Shown here: one piece after another, positions 47,793 through 57,268 of the stretch | Numbering within the stretch: the first letter of the stretch is position 1 | Layout of the letters: every line of letters begins with the position of its first letter | Assembly: GCA_963847375.1 (NCBI GenBank) | Contig: CAWJZO010000001.1 | Span: 1,346,124-1,410,123 of the forward strand | Reading direction: 5' to 3' | DNA: 64,000 nt | From: an uncultured Chloroflexia bacterium | GTDB taxonomy: Bacteria > Chloroflexota > Limnocylindria > QHBO01 | Position numbers and translations under genes: made by a program | Notes under the pieces: model-generated | Database searches by the model: none | Seen by the model: only the letters and a program-made list of their open reading frames with translations | Told to the model about the DNA's origin: nothing

Positions 47793-47903
47793 GCGCCGGT
47801 AGCTCAGTGGATCAGAGCAGCTGACTTCGGACTATCCCGGCCGATGCGCTGTAGCACGAGCGTGGGATGGCGAGCGAAACGTGTCGAGTTATCTGCTGTG
47901 ATC
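47793..47903 (+). repeat. tRNA-half-like repeat, copy H (short form)
   Basis: GCGCCGGTAGCTCAGTGGATCAGAGCAGCTGACTTCGGACTATCCCGGCCGATGCGCTGTAGCACGAGCGTGGGATGGCGAGCGAAACGTGTCGAGTTATCTGCTGTGATCG. Confidence 0.9.
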
Positions 47904-47980
47904 GATGACGTCTAAGGAGCCGCGTTTACCCGTCGCCCCGCGACTGATGCGACGAGCGCCGCGACATAGCGATCCATTCC

Positions 47981-48352
47981 CTACGTCTGGGGAAGCGGTG
48001 CCTGGGGCGTGTAGACCCAGAGCAACTTGAGCGGCGTCGTGCCGGTGTTCCGGTGCTGGTGATGCACGTTCTTGGGTACCCACATTGCCTGGCCGTCGAC
48101 GAACGCGGCTTCCTCCCCCTCGGAGACCAGAATCCCGGACCCTTCGAGCACTAGGTTGATCTCCTCGGACTCGGGATGAACGTGATAGGAGCTCGACTCT
48201 CCAGGCTCGAACACCGTGATTCCCGCCATGAACTCCTCGGAGCCGATGTCCGGTGATACGAAGCGGAACGCCTTTCGCCGCATCCCGGGTTCGTCGAGAC
48301 CGATCCAGATCTGCTCGGCGTCCTTGAAGGGCGAGATCAACCTGATCTTCAT
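47981..48352 (-). CDS. cupin domain protein
   Basis: 123 aa. SSYHVHPESEEINLVLEG...VPKNVHHQHRN two-motif cupin. Confidence 0.8.
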   Translation of the reverse strand: MKIRLISPFKDAEQIWIGLDEPGMRRKAFRFVSPDIGSEEFMAGITVFEPGESSSYHVHPESEEINLVLEGSGILVSEGEEAAFVDGQAMWVPKNVHHQHRNTGTTPLKLLWVYTPQAPLPQT

Positions 48353-49182
48353 GCGTCTGCCTCCCCTGGGTCGAGACCCGGGAGCACGGCCCCGTCGTAC
48401 TCGGCGGCGGTCGGGTCGATCATGCGCATTGGCCGTTCGCGAGCCTGTTCTTCCACGAAGTGGGCCGCCAGCCCGAAGCTCCGCGAGATGGCGAAGAGAA
48501 AGTCGCCGTACTGCGGGTCGAGCCTGAGCGCATTGAGCGCAACGGCCAGCGCTCCGTCGATGTTGACCGGGACGGGATTTCCCGAGTGCCGGCTGACCCG
48601 GGCGGCAAGAGCCCGAACCGCTGCCCCATGCCGTGCGTCGGACCGAGCGGACGCGACCTCGAGGAGCCGTTCCGCACGGAGATCATGGTGATGCCAGCGG
48701 TGCCCGATGCCGGGCAGGCGGCGTCCGGCGGCACGCTCCTGCTCGAAGACACCGTCGGCCCATGTGTCGAGGTCACCCTCCGTTGGCGCGCCGGCAAGGA
48801 TGCGCATCGCGCGGCTGACGACTGCGCCGTGGAGTTCGCCGAAGGCAAGGATTCCACCCGCGAGGCCGCTCATGGGTGCCGCCCGCGTCGATGCGATCGT
48901 GCGGGTGACGAGTGCGGACGGGGAAAGCGGGCCGTGATCGATGGACGCGACAAGGCACGCGCCAAGGAGGTCCGCTTCGTCCTCCGTCACCGCGTCCCCG
49001 CGCCACAACCGAAGGAGCATCGCTGGAAACGACTCGCGCCCGATGGCGTCGTCGAGCGCCACGCCGCGAACGAAGACGCGTTCGTCCGTCGTGGCCGTGA
49101 TGGCCGTGGCCCACCTCGCAGGCCGATGTGACTGGCCCGCCCCCGGTCCCCGGTGAGCGCCTCCGCCGCCCCTGGCGGTCAC
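48349..49182 (-). CDS. citryl-CoA lyase / citrate-synthase-like family protein
   Basis: The C-terminal 278 codons of the 450-aa track ORF are protein-like (SIDHGPLSPSA...ELHGAV...PGIGHRWH). GTG 49182 overlaps the upstream stop (GTGA). Confidence 0.7.
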   Translation of the reverse strand: MTARGGGGAHRGPGAGQSHRPARWATAITATTDERVFVRGVALDDAIGRESFPAMLLRLWRGDAVTEDEADLLGACLVASIDHGPLSPSALVTRTIASTRAAPMSGLAGGILAFGELHGAVVSRAMRILAGAPTEGDLDTWADGVFEQERAAGRRLPGIGHRWHHHDLRAERLLEVASARSDARHGAAVRALAARVSRHSGNPVPVNIDGALAVALNALRLDPQYGDFLFAISRSFGLAAHFVEEQARERPMRMIDPTAAEYDGAVLPGLDPGEADA

Positions 49183-50885
49183 CGCGCCACCTGGTAGATG
49201 CGCTCGATGTCCCACTCGCCGGGGGTTATGACGGGCGTGTTGCGCATGGGCACGTCCAGGACGGTGGGACGCCCGGACGCCAGTGCCTCCCGCAACGCTG
49301 GCTCGAGCTCGTCGGCGCGTTGGATCGCCACCCCGTCGGCTCCGCAGGCGCGCGCGATGGCCGCGAAGTCCGGCGTGTATGCGTCGCCGTCGGCCTCGAA
49401 CTCGCACCCGTACCCGGTGCCGTAGTGCTTGCGCTGCAGACCGGCGATCGTGCCGAACGCGGCGTTGTTCATGACGACCCAAAGCGGCGCGATACCCATC
49501 TCGACGGCGGTGGCAACCACGCTCGGATTTGAGCCGAATGCCCCGTCGCCCACGAGTGCGACCACCGGTCGCCCGGTCCCGGCGGATGCGACGCCGATCG
49601 CGGCGGCCGGCCCGAAGCCCATGGTCGAAAATCCGCCGGGCGTGAGGAACGAGTCCGGGGTGTCGACGGGATATTGCTGTCCGACCCCGTTCTTGTTCCA
49701 ACCGACATCGGTCACGAGGATCGCGTCCGGGATGGCGCGTCGCACGTCTGCCAGGATCCGTTCCGGTAGGAGCGGGAACTCGTCCGAGGCCGCATTTTCA
49801 GCACTCGGCGCCAGGAATGCATGGCGTTCCGCGCGGAGCCGCCTCCAGTCATAGCCTCGTTCCAAGGTCGCGTCCCCGTACGCTTCCGCGATCGCGCGCA
49901 GGCCAAGCGAGGCGTCAGATGTGGCAGCGATGGCCGTTGGATAGTTGCGGCCTGGCTCGGTCGGATCGATGTCGAGTTGAATGAGGCGGGTGGGCGGAAT
50001 GCTGAACGTCACCCCCGGCTCCCAGCTGCTGCTGTCGGTCTCCGGGAACCGGGTCCCGACCGCCAGGATGACGTCTGCCTCACGCGCCAGCCGGTTTGCG
50101 GTCGGCGAGCCCCAGAAGCCGATCATGCCCAGCAATTGCGGATGGTCCGGCGGGAGAACTCCGGTGCCCATGAGGGAATGTGCGACCGGCGCTCCGACGC
50201 GTTCGGCCAGATGTCGCACGTCCGCGGCTGCGCGCCGAGTTCCGCCGCCGGCGAGGATCAGCGGCCGCACCGCACGTCGAAGCTCGTCCGCAATCGCCCT
50301 CGCCGTCTCCCGTGCGATCGTGGGCGGCTCCACAGCCGACGCCGGGATCACGTCCGCCTCGAACACGTCGCCGGCGACGTCCATCGGGAGCGAGACCAGC
50401 ACCGGGCCAGGTCGGCCAGCCTGTGCGAGGTCCCAGGCACGCGCCAGGATCCGGGGGACCTGGTCGGCACGCGAGACCCGCCAGGCTCGTTTGACGAACG
50501 GCTCGTAGACGGAGATCTGGTCGGCGTCTCGACGGAGGTTGAACTCCTGGTGGGGCCCGCGTCCCTCGTAGTACGACGGAACGTCACCGGCGATGACGAG
50601 GAGCGGAACCGAGTCGAACGCGGCGGTCGCGACGCCAGTGGCGGCGTTCGTCATCCCAGGACCGACATGGAGCAGAACAACACCCGGACGACCTGAGGCT
50701 CGTGCGTAGCCGTCGGCGGCATGCGCGGCGATCTGCTCGTGGCGAGTCGTGTTGAAGCGTGGAGCCCCCTGCCGCTCGATTGCCGCAAGTAGGGAGATGT
50801 TGGTGTGGCCGCAGATGCCGAAGACGCGATCGACGCCACGCTGGCGCAAGAACTGTGCGACGTGGTCGGCAACCGTGGGTTTCAT
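49179..50885 (-). CDS. thiamine-pyrophosphate-dependent enzyme (acetolactate synthase large-subunit family)
   Basis: 568 aa. N-terminal TPP-pyrimidine domain (GPGMTNAATGVATA) and C-terminal GDGAF...NN TPP-binding motif. Confidence 0.9.
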   Translation of the reverse strand: MKPTVADHVAQFLRQRGVDRVFGICGHTNISLLAAIERQGAPRFNTTRHEQIAAHAADGYARASGRPGVVLLHVGPGMTNAATGVATAAFDSVPLLVIAGDVPSYYEGRGPHQEFNLRRDADQISVYEPFVKRAWRVSRADQVPRILARAWDLAQAGRPGPVLVSLPMDVAGDVFEADVIPASAVEPPTIARETARAIADELRRAVRPLILAGGGTRRAAADVRHLAERVGAPVAHSLMGTGVLPPDHPQLLGMIGFWGSPTANRLAREADVILAVGTRFPETDSSSWEPGVTFSIPPTRLIQLDIDPTEPGRNYPTAIAATSDASLGLRAIAEAYGDATLERGYDWRRLRAERHAFLAPSAENAASDEFPLLPERILADVRRAIPDAILVTDVGWNKNGVGQQYPVDTPDSFLTPGGFSTMGFGPAAAIGVASAGTGRPVVALVGDGAFGSNPSVVATAVEMGIAPLWVVMNNAAFGTIAGLQRKHYGTGYGCEFEADGDAYTPDFAAIARACGADGVAIQRADELEPALREALASGRPTVLDVPMRNTPVITPGEWDIERIYQVAR

Positions 50886-50930
50886 TCCACCTCCTGGGAT
50901 GCTCCGGACGACGACGGACGGTGGCGACTA

Positions 50931-50968
50931 GTTCCACATATCGGACCTAGGAGTCCGTTATGAGGAAC
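50931..50968. promoter_or_regulatory. imperfect palindrome, candidate IclR-type operator in the divergent TPP-enzyme / aldehyde dehydrogenase promoter region
   Basis: GTTCCACATATCGGAC-ctag-GAGTCCGTTATGAGGAAC. The half-site resembles GTTCCGCATAGTTGGACAC at 57219-57237. Confidence 0.4.
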
Positions 50969-50988
50969 CTAACGGCCGTCTCGGAACG

Positions 50989-51024
50989 GTGTCAAGTGTA
51001 CTGCGCGACCCCGAACCTTGACAC
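50989..51024. promoter_or_regulatory. 8-bp perfect inverted repeat GTGTCAAG-N20-CTTGACAC in the same intergenic region
   Basis: Seen directly. Function unknown (operator or stem-loop). Confidence 0.3.
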
Positions 51025-51138
51025 GTCGCTGGACCGATCCTACCCTCGAATTCCCGCACGATGGGCCATGAATACGGAATAGTGGGAACGGTGCGGGCAA
51101 TACCGAGCCCGCGCACCACGTCTGATCCTGGAGACAAG

Positions 51139-52548
51139 ATGCCGCCTCGACCGATCACGTCCGAAGAGACTGCGCACGTCGACGACCTCGTCGCCCGAGG
51201 GCGCGCCGCGTTATACGCGTTCGAAGGAGCCACCCAGGAGCAAGTCGACCGGCTCTGCCAGGCCATGGCATGGGCGGTGGCGAACGAGACCACATTCACC
51301 CGTCTTGCAGAGATGGGAGTCGGGGAGAGCGGCATCGGCGATCCGGAGAGCCGCGTCGGGAAGCGCCTCAAGGTCGTGGGGATCCTGCGCGACGTCCTTC
51401 GGCAGAAGAGCATCGGGATCATCGAGGAGCTGCCGGAGCGGGGGATCGTCAAGTACGCGAAGCCGGTCGGCCTGATTGCCTCTCTCGTTCCCACGACGAA
51501 CCCGGAGCTCACGCCGCCCGGCGTGGGCCTCTTCGCCATCAAGTGCCGGGATGCCGTGATCTTCTCGCCTCACCCGAGGAGCAAGAACACGACCCGTGAG
51601 ACGGTCGAAATCATGCGCCGCGCGCTGGCTCGCGAAGGAGCTCCCGCGGACATCATCCAGTGCCTGGAGCGGCCCAGCATCCCCGCCGCCCAATACCTGA
51701 TGAGCCAGGCCGACATGGTCCAGGCAACCGGCGGGCGCGACATGGTGAAGGCCGCCTACAGCTCCGGAACGCCGGCGTACGGCGTGGGTGCCGGCAATTC
51801 GACGATGGTGATCGACGAGACCGCCGACGTGGCACAGGCTGCGAAGAACACCCGCATAAGCAAGACGTCCGACTTCGGGTCTGGGTGTTCTGCAGATGGC
51901 AACCTGATCGTCGAGTCCAGCGTTTACGAGGCGCTGCGCGAATGCCTCGTCGCGGAGGGCGGCCACCTTGCCACGCCGGAGGAAGCCGAAAAGCTCCGGG
52001 CTATCTACTGGGATGCCGATGGGCATCGGACCGCCGACACGATCGCCGTGTCGGCGCAGACCCTCGCCGAGAGGGCCGGATTCGAGATCGCCTCGGATCG
52101 ACGGTTCCTCGTCATCGAGCAGACCGAGATCGGCGCGCACAACCCGTTCAGCTCGGAAAAGCTCGGGATCGTGCTCGCGATGTTCCGCTACTCGGGCTTC
52201 GATGACGCCCTGGAGAAGGTAGCCGCGATCTATGAAGTCGGCGGCAAGGGGCACTCGTGCGGCATCTACTCGTTCGACGATGACCACATCGACCGGTTGG
52301 CACGCGTGGCGCCGGTGAGCAGGATCATGGTGCGGCAGCCGCAGTCGAAGGCGAACGCAGGCGCCTTCGACAACGGGATGCCCATGACCTCGAGCCTCGG
52401 CTGCGGGACCTGGGGCGGCAACATCACGTCGGAGAACATCCACCTGAAGCACTACATGAACACCACCTGGGTGAGCCGCCCGATCGCCGAAGACCGTCCG
52501 CCAGAGGAGGAGCTCTTCGGCGACTTCTACGGGACGCCCGTCGACTGA
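51139..52548 (+). CDS. acylating (CoA-dependent) aldehyde dehydrogenase family protein
   Basis: Start at ATG 51139. ALDH fold with catalytic-Cys region FGSGCSADGN. Resembles the EutE/SauS-type acylating dehydrogenases. Substrate unknown. Confidence 0.8.
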   Translation: MPPRPITSEETAHVDDLVARGRAALYAFEGATQEQVDRLCQAMAWAVANETTFTRLAEMGVGESGIGDPESRVGKRLKVVGILRDVLRQKSIGIIEELPERGIVKYAKPVGLIASLVPTTNPELTPPGVGLFAIKCRDAVIFSPHPRSKNTTRETVEIMRRALAREGAPADIIQCLERPSIPAAQYLMSQADMVQATGGRDMVKAAYSSGTPAYGVGAGNSTMVIDETADVAQAAKNTRISKTSDFGSGCSADGNLIVESSVYEALRECLVAEGGHLATPEEAEKLRAIYWDADGHRTADTIAVSAQTLAERAGFEIASDRRFLVIEQTEIGAHNPFSSEKLGIVLAMFRYSGFDDALEKVAAIYEVGGKGHSCGIYSFDDDHIDRLARVAPVSRIMVRQPQSKANAGAFDNGMPMTSSLGCGTWGGNITSENIHLKHYMNTTWVSRPIAEDRPPEEELFGDFYGTPVD

Positions 52549-53330
52549 TGTCGGTCCTCGAGAAGGCGACGCAGATCCTGGACGTCGTGGCGGAAACACC
52601 CGACGGAGCCACCCTTACCTCGATCGCCCAGCGCCTCGCTCAGCCGCGATCGTCGATCCATCGCCTGCTATCCGAGCTTGTCCAGCTCGGCCTCCTGTTC
52701 CGGGTCGGGCCGGCGAACTACGTGCCCGGACCCCGCCTGGCGCGGTGGGGCGACGCGGCCGGAGGCGGCACGGATATCGTCCGCATCTCGAAATCGACCA
52801 TGGTGCGACTGCGCGACGCCGTCGGTGAGAGCGTGCACCTCTACGTTCGGCAGCGGGACCGACGGGTGTGCGTGTCGGCGGTGGAAGGCAACTATGAGCT
52901 CCGCCACTTCACTGAGGTCGGAAAGCCCCTGCCGTTGTCGATCGGTGCCTCAGGAAAGCTTCTGCTCGCGTTCGCCGACTCCGCAACGCAGGCGCATGAG
53001 CTGCGACGCGTGGCGCGCGAGCCGCTCACCCCCCGCGCGCCGACCGTCGAGGAGCTTGCTGCCCAGCTCGAGTCTATTCGCGCCACCGAGTGGGCAGTCT
53101 CCTTCGGGGAGCGCGAGGAAGGGCTGGCCGCAGCCGCCGTCCCGATTCGTACCCAGTCCGGCACGGTGCAGGCGGCACTCTCCATCTCGGGACCGACCGC
53201 TCGCCTGGATGCGCAACGTCTCGACGCGCTGCGTCCGGAGCTCACTGCGGCTGCGGATCAGATCAGCGTCGCGCAGGGTTGGGCCCCGCCATCGCCCGCG
53301 CCACGCGCGACCGCGGGACTGGTTCGCTGA
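52548..53330 (+). CDS. IclR family transcriptional regulator
   Basis: 260 aa. N-terminal wHTH (LTSIAQRLAQPRSSIHRLLSEL) plus IclR effector domain. Confidence 0.9.
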   Translation: MSVLEKATQILDVVAETPDGATLTSIAQRLAQPRSSIHRLLSELVQLGLLFRVGPANYVPGPRLARWGDAAGGGTDIVRISKSTMVRLRDAVGESVHLYVRQRDRRVCVSAVEGNYELRHFTEVGKPLPLSIGASGKLLLAFADSATQAHELRRVAREPLTPRAPTVEELAAQLESIRATEWAVSFGEREEGLAAAAVPIRTQSGTVQAALSISGPTARLDAQRLDALRPELTAAADQISVAQGWAPPSPAPRATAGLVR

Positions 53331-54071
53331 TCAGCCGCGCTTCAACAGCGCGCTGACTTCGGCGGCACAGGCCTCGAGCGGCTTGCGCATCTCCTCGAAC
53401 CGTTCCACTCCTAGGCGTGTGGTCGGGGCGGAGATGCATAGCGCGGCGACGACGCGATCGCGAGAGTCGACGACTGCAGTGGCTGCCGCCGACACACCCT
53501 CCTCGCGTTCTCCCATCGAAGTCGCCCAACGCTCTGCCCGAATGCGCTCGAGCTGCTCCCGAAGACGCGGCCCGGGCGCGTTCGGCATGTTCGGCGCGTC
53601 GGCGAGCGCCCGCTGTAGCTCGAGCTCCTGCACCTCGTCATCCGCAAACGCAAGCAGGAGCTTGCCGGCCGCACCAGCCCGCAGGGGAAGAGGCCGGCCG
53701 AGCTGGATGAACGGCCGCAGCTCGTGCCGTCCCTCGACCGCAGCGATGCAGATGCGGGTGTCGTGCTCACGCACGTACAGGTGCACGCTCTCACCAAGGT
53801 TGTCGCGGAGCCGCCGCATCGTCTGGTCGGCCACCGCACGCAGATCGAACGTGTCCGCAGCGGCCTCTCCCCAGTAGAGCAGCCTGGGGCCGAGGGAGTA
53901 GCGGCCGTCCTCCGTGCGGCGGACGATGCCGAGCGCTGCCAGCTCGCTGAGCAGTCGATGGGTCGAGGACTTCGGCATCCCGAGCGCTGACCTGACATGG
54001 CCGAGAGTCACCGGTTCGCCAGCTCTCCCCAGGCAGTCGATCAGGTCGCTCGCCTTCTCCAGGACCGACAT
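53331..54071 (-). CDS. IclR family transcriptional regulator
   Basis: 246 aa. wHTH (LGHVRSALGMPKSSTHRLLSEL) plus IclR effector domain. Convergent with its paralog. Confidence 0.9.
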   Translation of the reverse strand: MSVLEKASDLIDCLGRAGEPVTLGHVRSALGMPKSSTHRLLSELAALGIVRRTEDGRYSLGPRLLYWGEAAADTFDLRAVADQTMRRLRDNLGESVHLYVREHDTRICIAAVEGRHELRPFIQLGRPLPLRAGAAGKLLLAFADDEVQELELQRALADAPNMPNAPGPRLREQLERIRAERWATSMGEREEGVSAAATAVVDSRDRVVAALCISAPTTRLGVERFEEMRKPLEACAAEVSALLKRG

Positions 54072-54086
54072 GTCAGTTCCTCCGGC

Positions 54087-55361
54087 TCACAACCCGATCA
54101 CCTCCGGGAGCCACAGTGTCAGCGCTGGAATGTACGTGATGAGCAGGAGCACGATGAGCATTGCCGGCAGATAAAACGCGGCACCGCGGAATACCCGCTC
54201 CACCGGGATGCCCGTCACCGAGCTGAGCACGAACGCGACGCCACCCATGGGCGGCGTCAGAAGGCCGATCATCAGGTTGAAGATGATGATGGACCCGAGC
54301 TGCACCGGGTCGATGCCGTATTGCACCGCGACCGGGAGCAGGATCGGCGTGATGATCAGCAGCGCCGATGTGGGCTCGAGGATCATCCCGCAAATGATGA
54401 GCAGGAAATTCACGATGAGCAGGAACACGATCGGGTTGTCGGTCAGGCCGAGCAGGGTCTCCGCGACCGTCTGCGGAACCTGCTCCCGCGCCAGGATCCA
54501 GCTGAGCAGGGTCGACGCGCCGATGATGATCATGATCTGGGCGGTGATGACCGCGGTGTCGCGAAAGATGAGGCCGACGTCGCGCCACCCCATCGTTCGA
54601 TACGAGAGGGCCAACAACAGCATGTACAGGGCGCCGATTCCAGCGGCCTCGGTAGGCGTGAAGAATCCGCCCAGGATGCCGCCCAGGATGATGATGGGAG
54701 CGCCAATCGGGGGAATCGCACGGCGGAGCGCATTACGCGTCGCCGCCCAGTCGTACGGATCGCCGACAAGCGCGGGTCGGCCCCTGGACCAGAGGAAGAC
54801 CGTCACGACCAGCGCCAGGGTCATGAGGATCGCCGGGATCACGGCGGCGGCGAACAGGGCGCCGGTCGAGACCGCGGCAACCGATGCGTAGACGACGGCG
54901 GGGATGCTGGGCGGCATGATCGGGCTGATGAGCGCCGAGCTCGCGCTCAAACCGACCGAGAACTCGGCCGGGTAGCCCTTCTTCCGCATGTGGTTGACCT
55001 CAATCGAGCCGATGCCGGCGGCATCCGCCAGCGCCGCGCCACTCATCCACGAGAAGCCGAGGCTGACCGCGATGTTCACGTACGCGAGGCCGGCCCGCAG
55101 CGGACCGAGCAGGAGGATGGCGGCGTCGTACAGGCGATCGGCGATCTCGGTGCGGGTGGCGACGGTCCCGACGAGGATGAAGAGCGGGACGGCGAGCAGC
55201 GGCCAGCTGTTGATGCCCTGCATGACCGTCCGCACGCCGAGGTGCAGGCTGTAGTCCTCGACAAGAAGGTAGATGAACGATGGCCCGAGGATCGCGAAGG
55301 CCATGGGCACGCGCAAAAGAAACAGGACCAGGATGGCGATGAGGAGGACGGGCAGGGTCAT
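54087..55361 (-). CDS. dctM: TRAP transporter large permease
   Basis: 424 aa from ATG 55361, overlapping the dctQ stop (ATGA). The upstream part of the 634-aa track ORF is spurious. Confidence 0.9.
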   Translation of the reverse strand: MTLPVLLIAILVLFLLRVPMAFAILGPSFIYLLVEDYSLHLGVRTVMQGINSWPLLAVPLFILVGTVATRTEIADRLYDAAILLLGPLRAGLAYVNIAVSLGFSWMSGAALADAAGIGSIEVNHMRKKGYPAEFSVGLSASSALISPIMPPSIPAVVYASVAAVSTGALFAAAVIPAILMTLALVVTVFLWSRGRPALVGDPYDWAATRNALRRAIPPIGAPIIILGGILGGFFTPTEAAGIGALYMLLLALSYRTMGWRDVGLIFRDTAVITAQIMIIIGASTLLSWILAREQVPQTVAETLLGLTDNPIVFLLIVNFLLIICGMILEPTSALLIITPILLPVAVQYGIDPVQLGSIIIFNLMIGLLTPPMGGVAFVLSSVTGIPVERVFRGAAFYLPAMLIVLLLITYIPALTLWLPEVIGL

Positions 55362-56011
55362 GCAGCGCGTTCCTGCCGCCGCAGTGCTGGGACGTCGTGT
55401 AGGGCGATCCAGAGCACGGAACGGAACGCCGTGAGTGCGAAGCCGATGATCGGCACGGCATTGACGATGCGAAGCGGAATGCCCCCTGCCGGCGTCACCT
55501 GACCGATGTCCTCGGCGATGAGCTGGGTGGTCCCGTAGGCGAGCAGGAGGCAGGTCGACAGGACGACCACGTTCACGAACAGCTTCACGGCGCCCAGCGC
55601 GCGCTCGCCCAGCACGTAGTCGACCACGTGGATCGCGATGTGACGATCGTGCGCGGCGAGGTAGCCGGCCATCACGAAGGTCAGCCAGACCATCGCAAGG
55701 CGGGCGACTTCGCCCGTCTGGGGGAAGTTGACGCCCGGGAGATACCGCTGTGCGACCAACGCGACGACAAGAAACAGGATGACGAACAGGAGCGCCGCGC
55801 CGACCACCTGCTCCACGACGCCGATCGCGTGCACGATCGTCCGCCACGGCTCCCGCTCCGGCAGGATCTCCGGATTCGACTCGCCCCCGAGGCCCTCCGT
55901 CTCGGAGGGGGGCTCGGTATCGCTCAGGAAGTCGGCGACAGATCCCTCGTCGCTTTCGGGTTGCCGAGCCTGGTCGCGAGCCATCAGACACTCATCCTCA
56001 CGGCGGGGCAC
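55358..56011 (-). CDS. dctQ: TRAP transporter small permease
   Basis: Four-helix DctQ-like C-terminal 160 aa. The acidic N-terminal extension makes the start uncertain. Confidence 0.75.
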   Translation of the reverse strand: MPRREDECLMARDQARQPESDEGSVADFLSDTEPPSETEGLGGESNPEILPEREPWRTIVHAIGVVEQVVGAALLFVILFLVVALVAQRYLPGVNFPQTGEVARLAMVWLTFVMAGYLAAHDRHIAIHVVDYVLGERALGAVKLFVNVVVLSTCLLLAYGTTQLIAEDIGQVTPAGGIPLRIVNAVPIIGFALTAFRSVLWIALHDVPALRRQERAA

Positions 56012-56084
56012 AGTCCGTCAAGCGTATCGCGGGCGACTGTGACGCCGGTGCCCGGGCGGACCCGGGCACCGGCGGTGGAGGAGC

Positions 56085-57116
56085 TTACTCCTCAGCGGTG
56101 GAACGGATGGCATCCAGGACAGCCACCTGCTCCTCCGTGAAGTTCTCGCGCAGGTAGGGTTCGACCATCTCGCGGAAGGCGTCGCGATCGACGTCCTCAA
56201 CGATCTCGATGTCGCCGCTCTCACGCCAAGCCGCCAGGATCTCGTCCTCGGTCTGCGCGGCGCAGACTGGCTCTTCGACCATCGCCTCCGCGACAGCGGC
56301 GGTCAGCGCCTCCTGCTGCTCGGGGCTCAGCTCGTTCCAGACTTCGCCGATGATCACGAGGTTCGAGCTCAGCTGGTGGCTCGACAGGCTGACGTAGTCC
56401 TGCACCTCCTGAAGGTTGATCGAGTCGATGTTGGTGACGGGGTTCTCCTGTCCGTCGACCGTACCCTGTTGTAGAGCGAGATACAGCTCTTCGAAGGCCA
56501 CTTCGACCGGCTCTGCGCCCATTGCGGCCGCGTTCATCAGGAACTGCGGAGAGGGCGGAAACCGCATCCGGAGCCCCTCGAGATCGGCGGGAGAGCGGAT
56601 CGGGACGTTCGCGGTGAACTGACGAGCGCCGGTATTCCAGGCACCGAGAATGTGGACGCCGGTCGCCTCCTCGAAGCCCTGTGTCAGATCGTCGGACGCT
56701 TCGCTGGTGAAGTAGCGGTACAGATGCTCGCTGTCTTCGAACACGAAGGCACCATCCACCACGTTCATCGGCTCGTACACCGCGCCCAGCGCCGACGCGC
56801 CCTGGATGTCCATGTCGATGTCGCCCGCGATCACCGACTGGATCCGGTCGGCATCGGGTCCAAGCTCACTGGCGCCGAAGATCTCGATGGTCAGCCCGAC
56901 CCCGGCGGCCTCGGCCTCTTCCTTGATGATGTTCGCGCCGCATTCGACCTGTGGCTGGCCCTCCTGGTAGCTGTGGGCCAAGCTCAGCTCGATGTCTCCC
57001 TGAGCGGCATCGGAGGGCGCGGATGGCTCGCTGGTCGTTACCTCTCCGCCCCCGCAGGCCGCCAGCACGAGGAGCAGCGCCGGCGCGAGGAGAAAGGTCG
57101 GGGTTCGCCTGCTCAT
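56085..57116 (-). CDS. dctP: TRAP transporter substrate-binding lipoprotein
   Basis: 343 aa. Lipobox LAAC|GG and DctP-family fold motifs. Confidence 0.9.
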   Translation of the reverse strand: MSRRTPTFLLAPALLLVLAACGGGEVTTSEPSAPSDAAQGDIELSLAHSYQEGQPQVECGANIIKEEAEAAGVGLTIEIFGASELGPDADRIQSVIAGDIDMDIQGASALGAVYEPMNVVDGAFVFEDSEHLYRYFTSEASDDLTQGFEEATGVHILGAWNTGARQFTANVPIRSPADLEGLRMRFPPSPQFLMNAAAMGAEPVEVAFEELYLALQQGTVDGQENPVTNIDSINLQEVQDYVSLSSHQLSSNLVIIGEVWNELSPEQQEALTAAVAEAMVEEPVCAAQTEDEILAAWRESGDIEIVEDVDRDAFREMVEPYLRENFTEEQVAVLDAIRSTAEE

Positions 57117-57227
57117 GGTGTCTCCCTTCGTTGCTCAAGTACCGACGAATCGGCCCTGCTGGGCCGCCGGGCCAGTCGTTCCTGTCGGCGTCGCAAGCCG
57201 GAGTGCGGTGCGGCATCGTTCCGCATA

Positions 57228-57238
57228 GTTGGACACGG
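57228..57238. promoter_or_regulatory. GTTGGACACGG motif upstream of dctP, identical 11-mer to 60440-60450
   Basis: Exact 11-nt match at two promoter-proximal positions of the same module, each embedded in an imperfect palindrome (GTTCC-N8-GGACA and TGTCC-N9-GGACA). Confidence 0.4.
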
Positions 57239-57268
57239 GTCTATGATACGGGACAGCACTTGCGGCGG

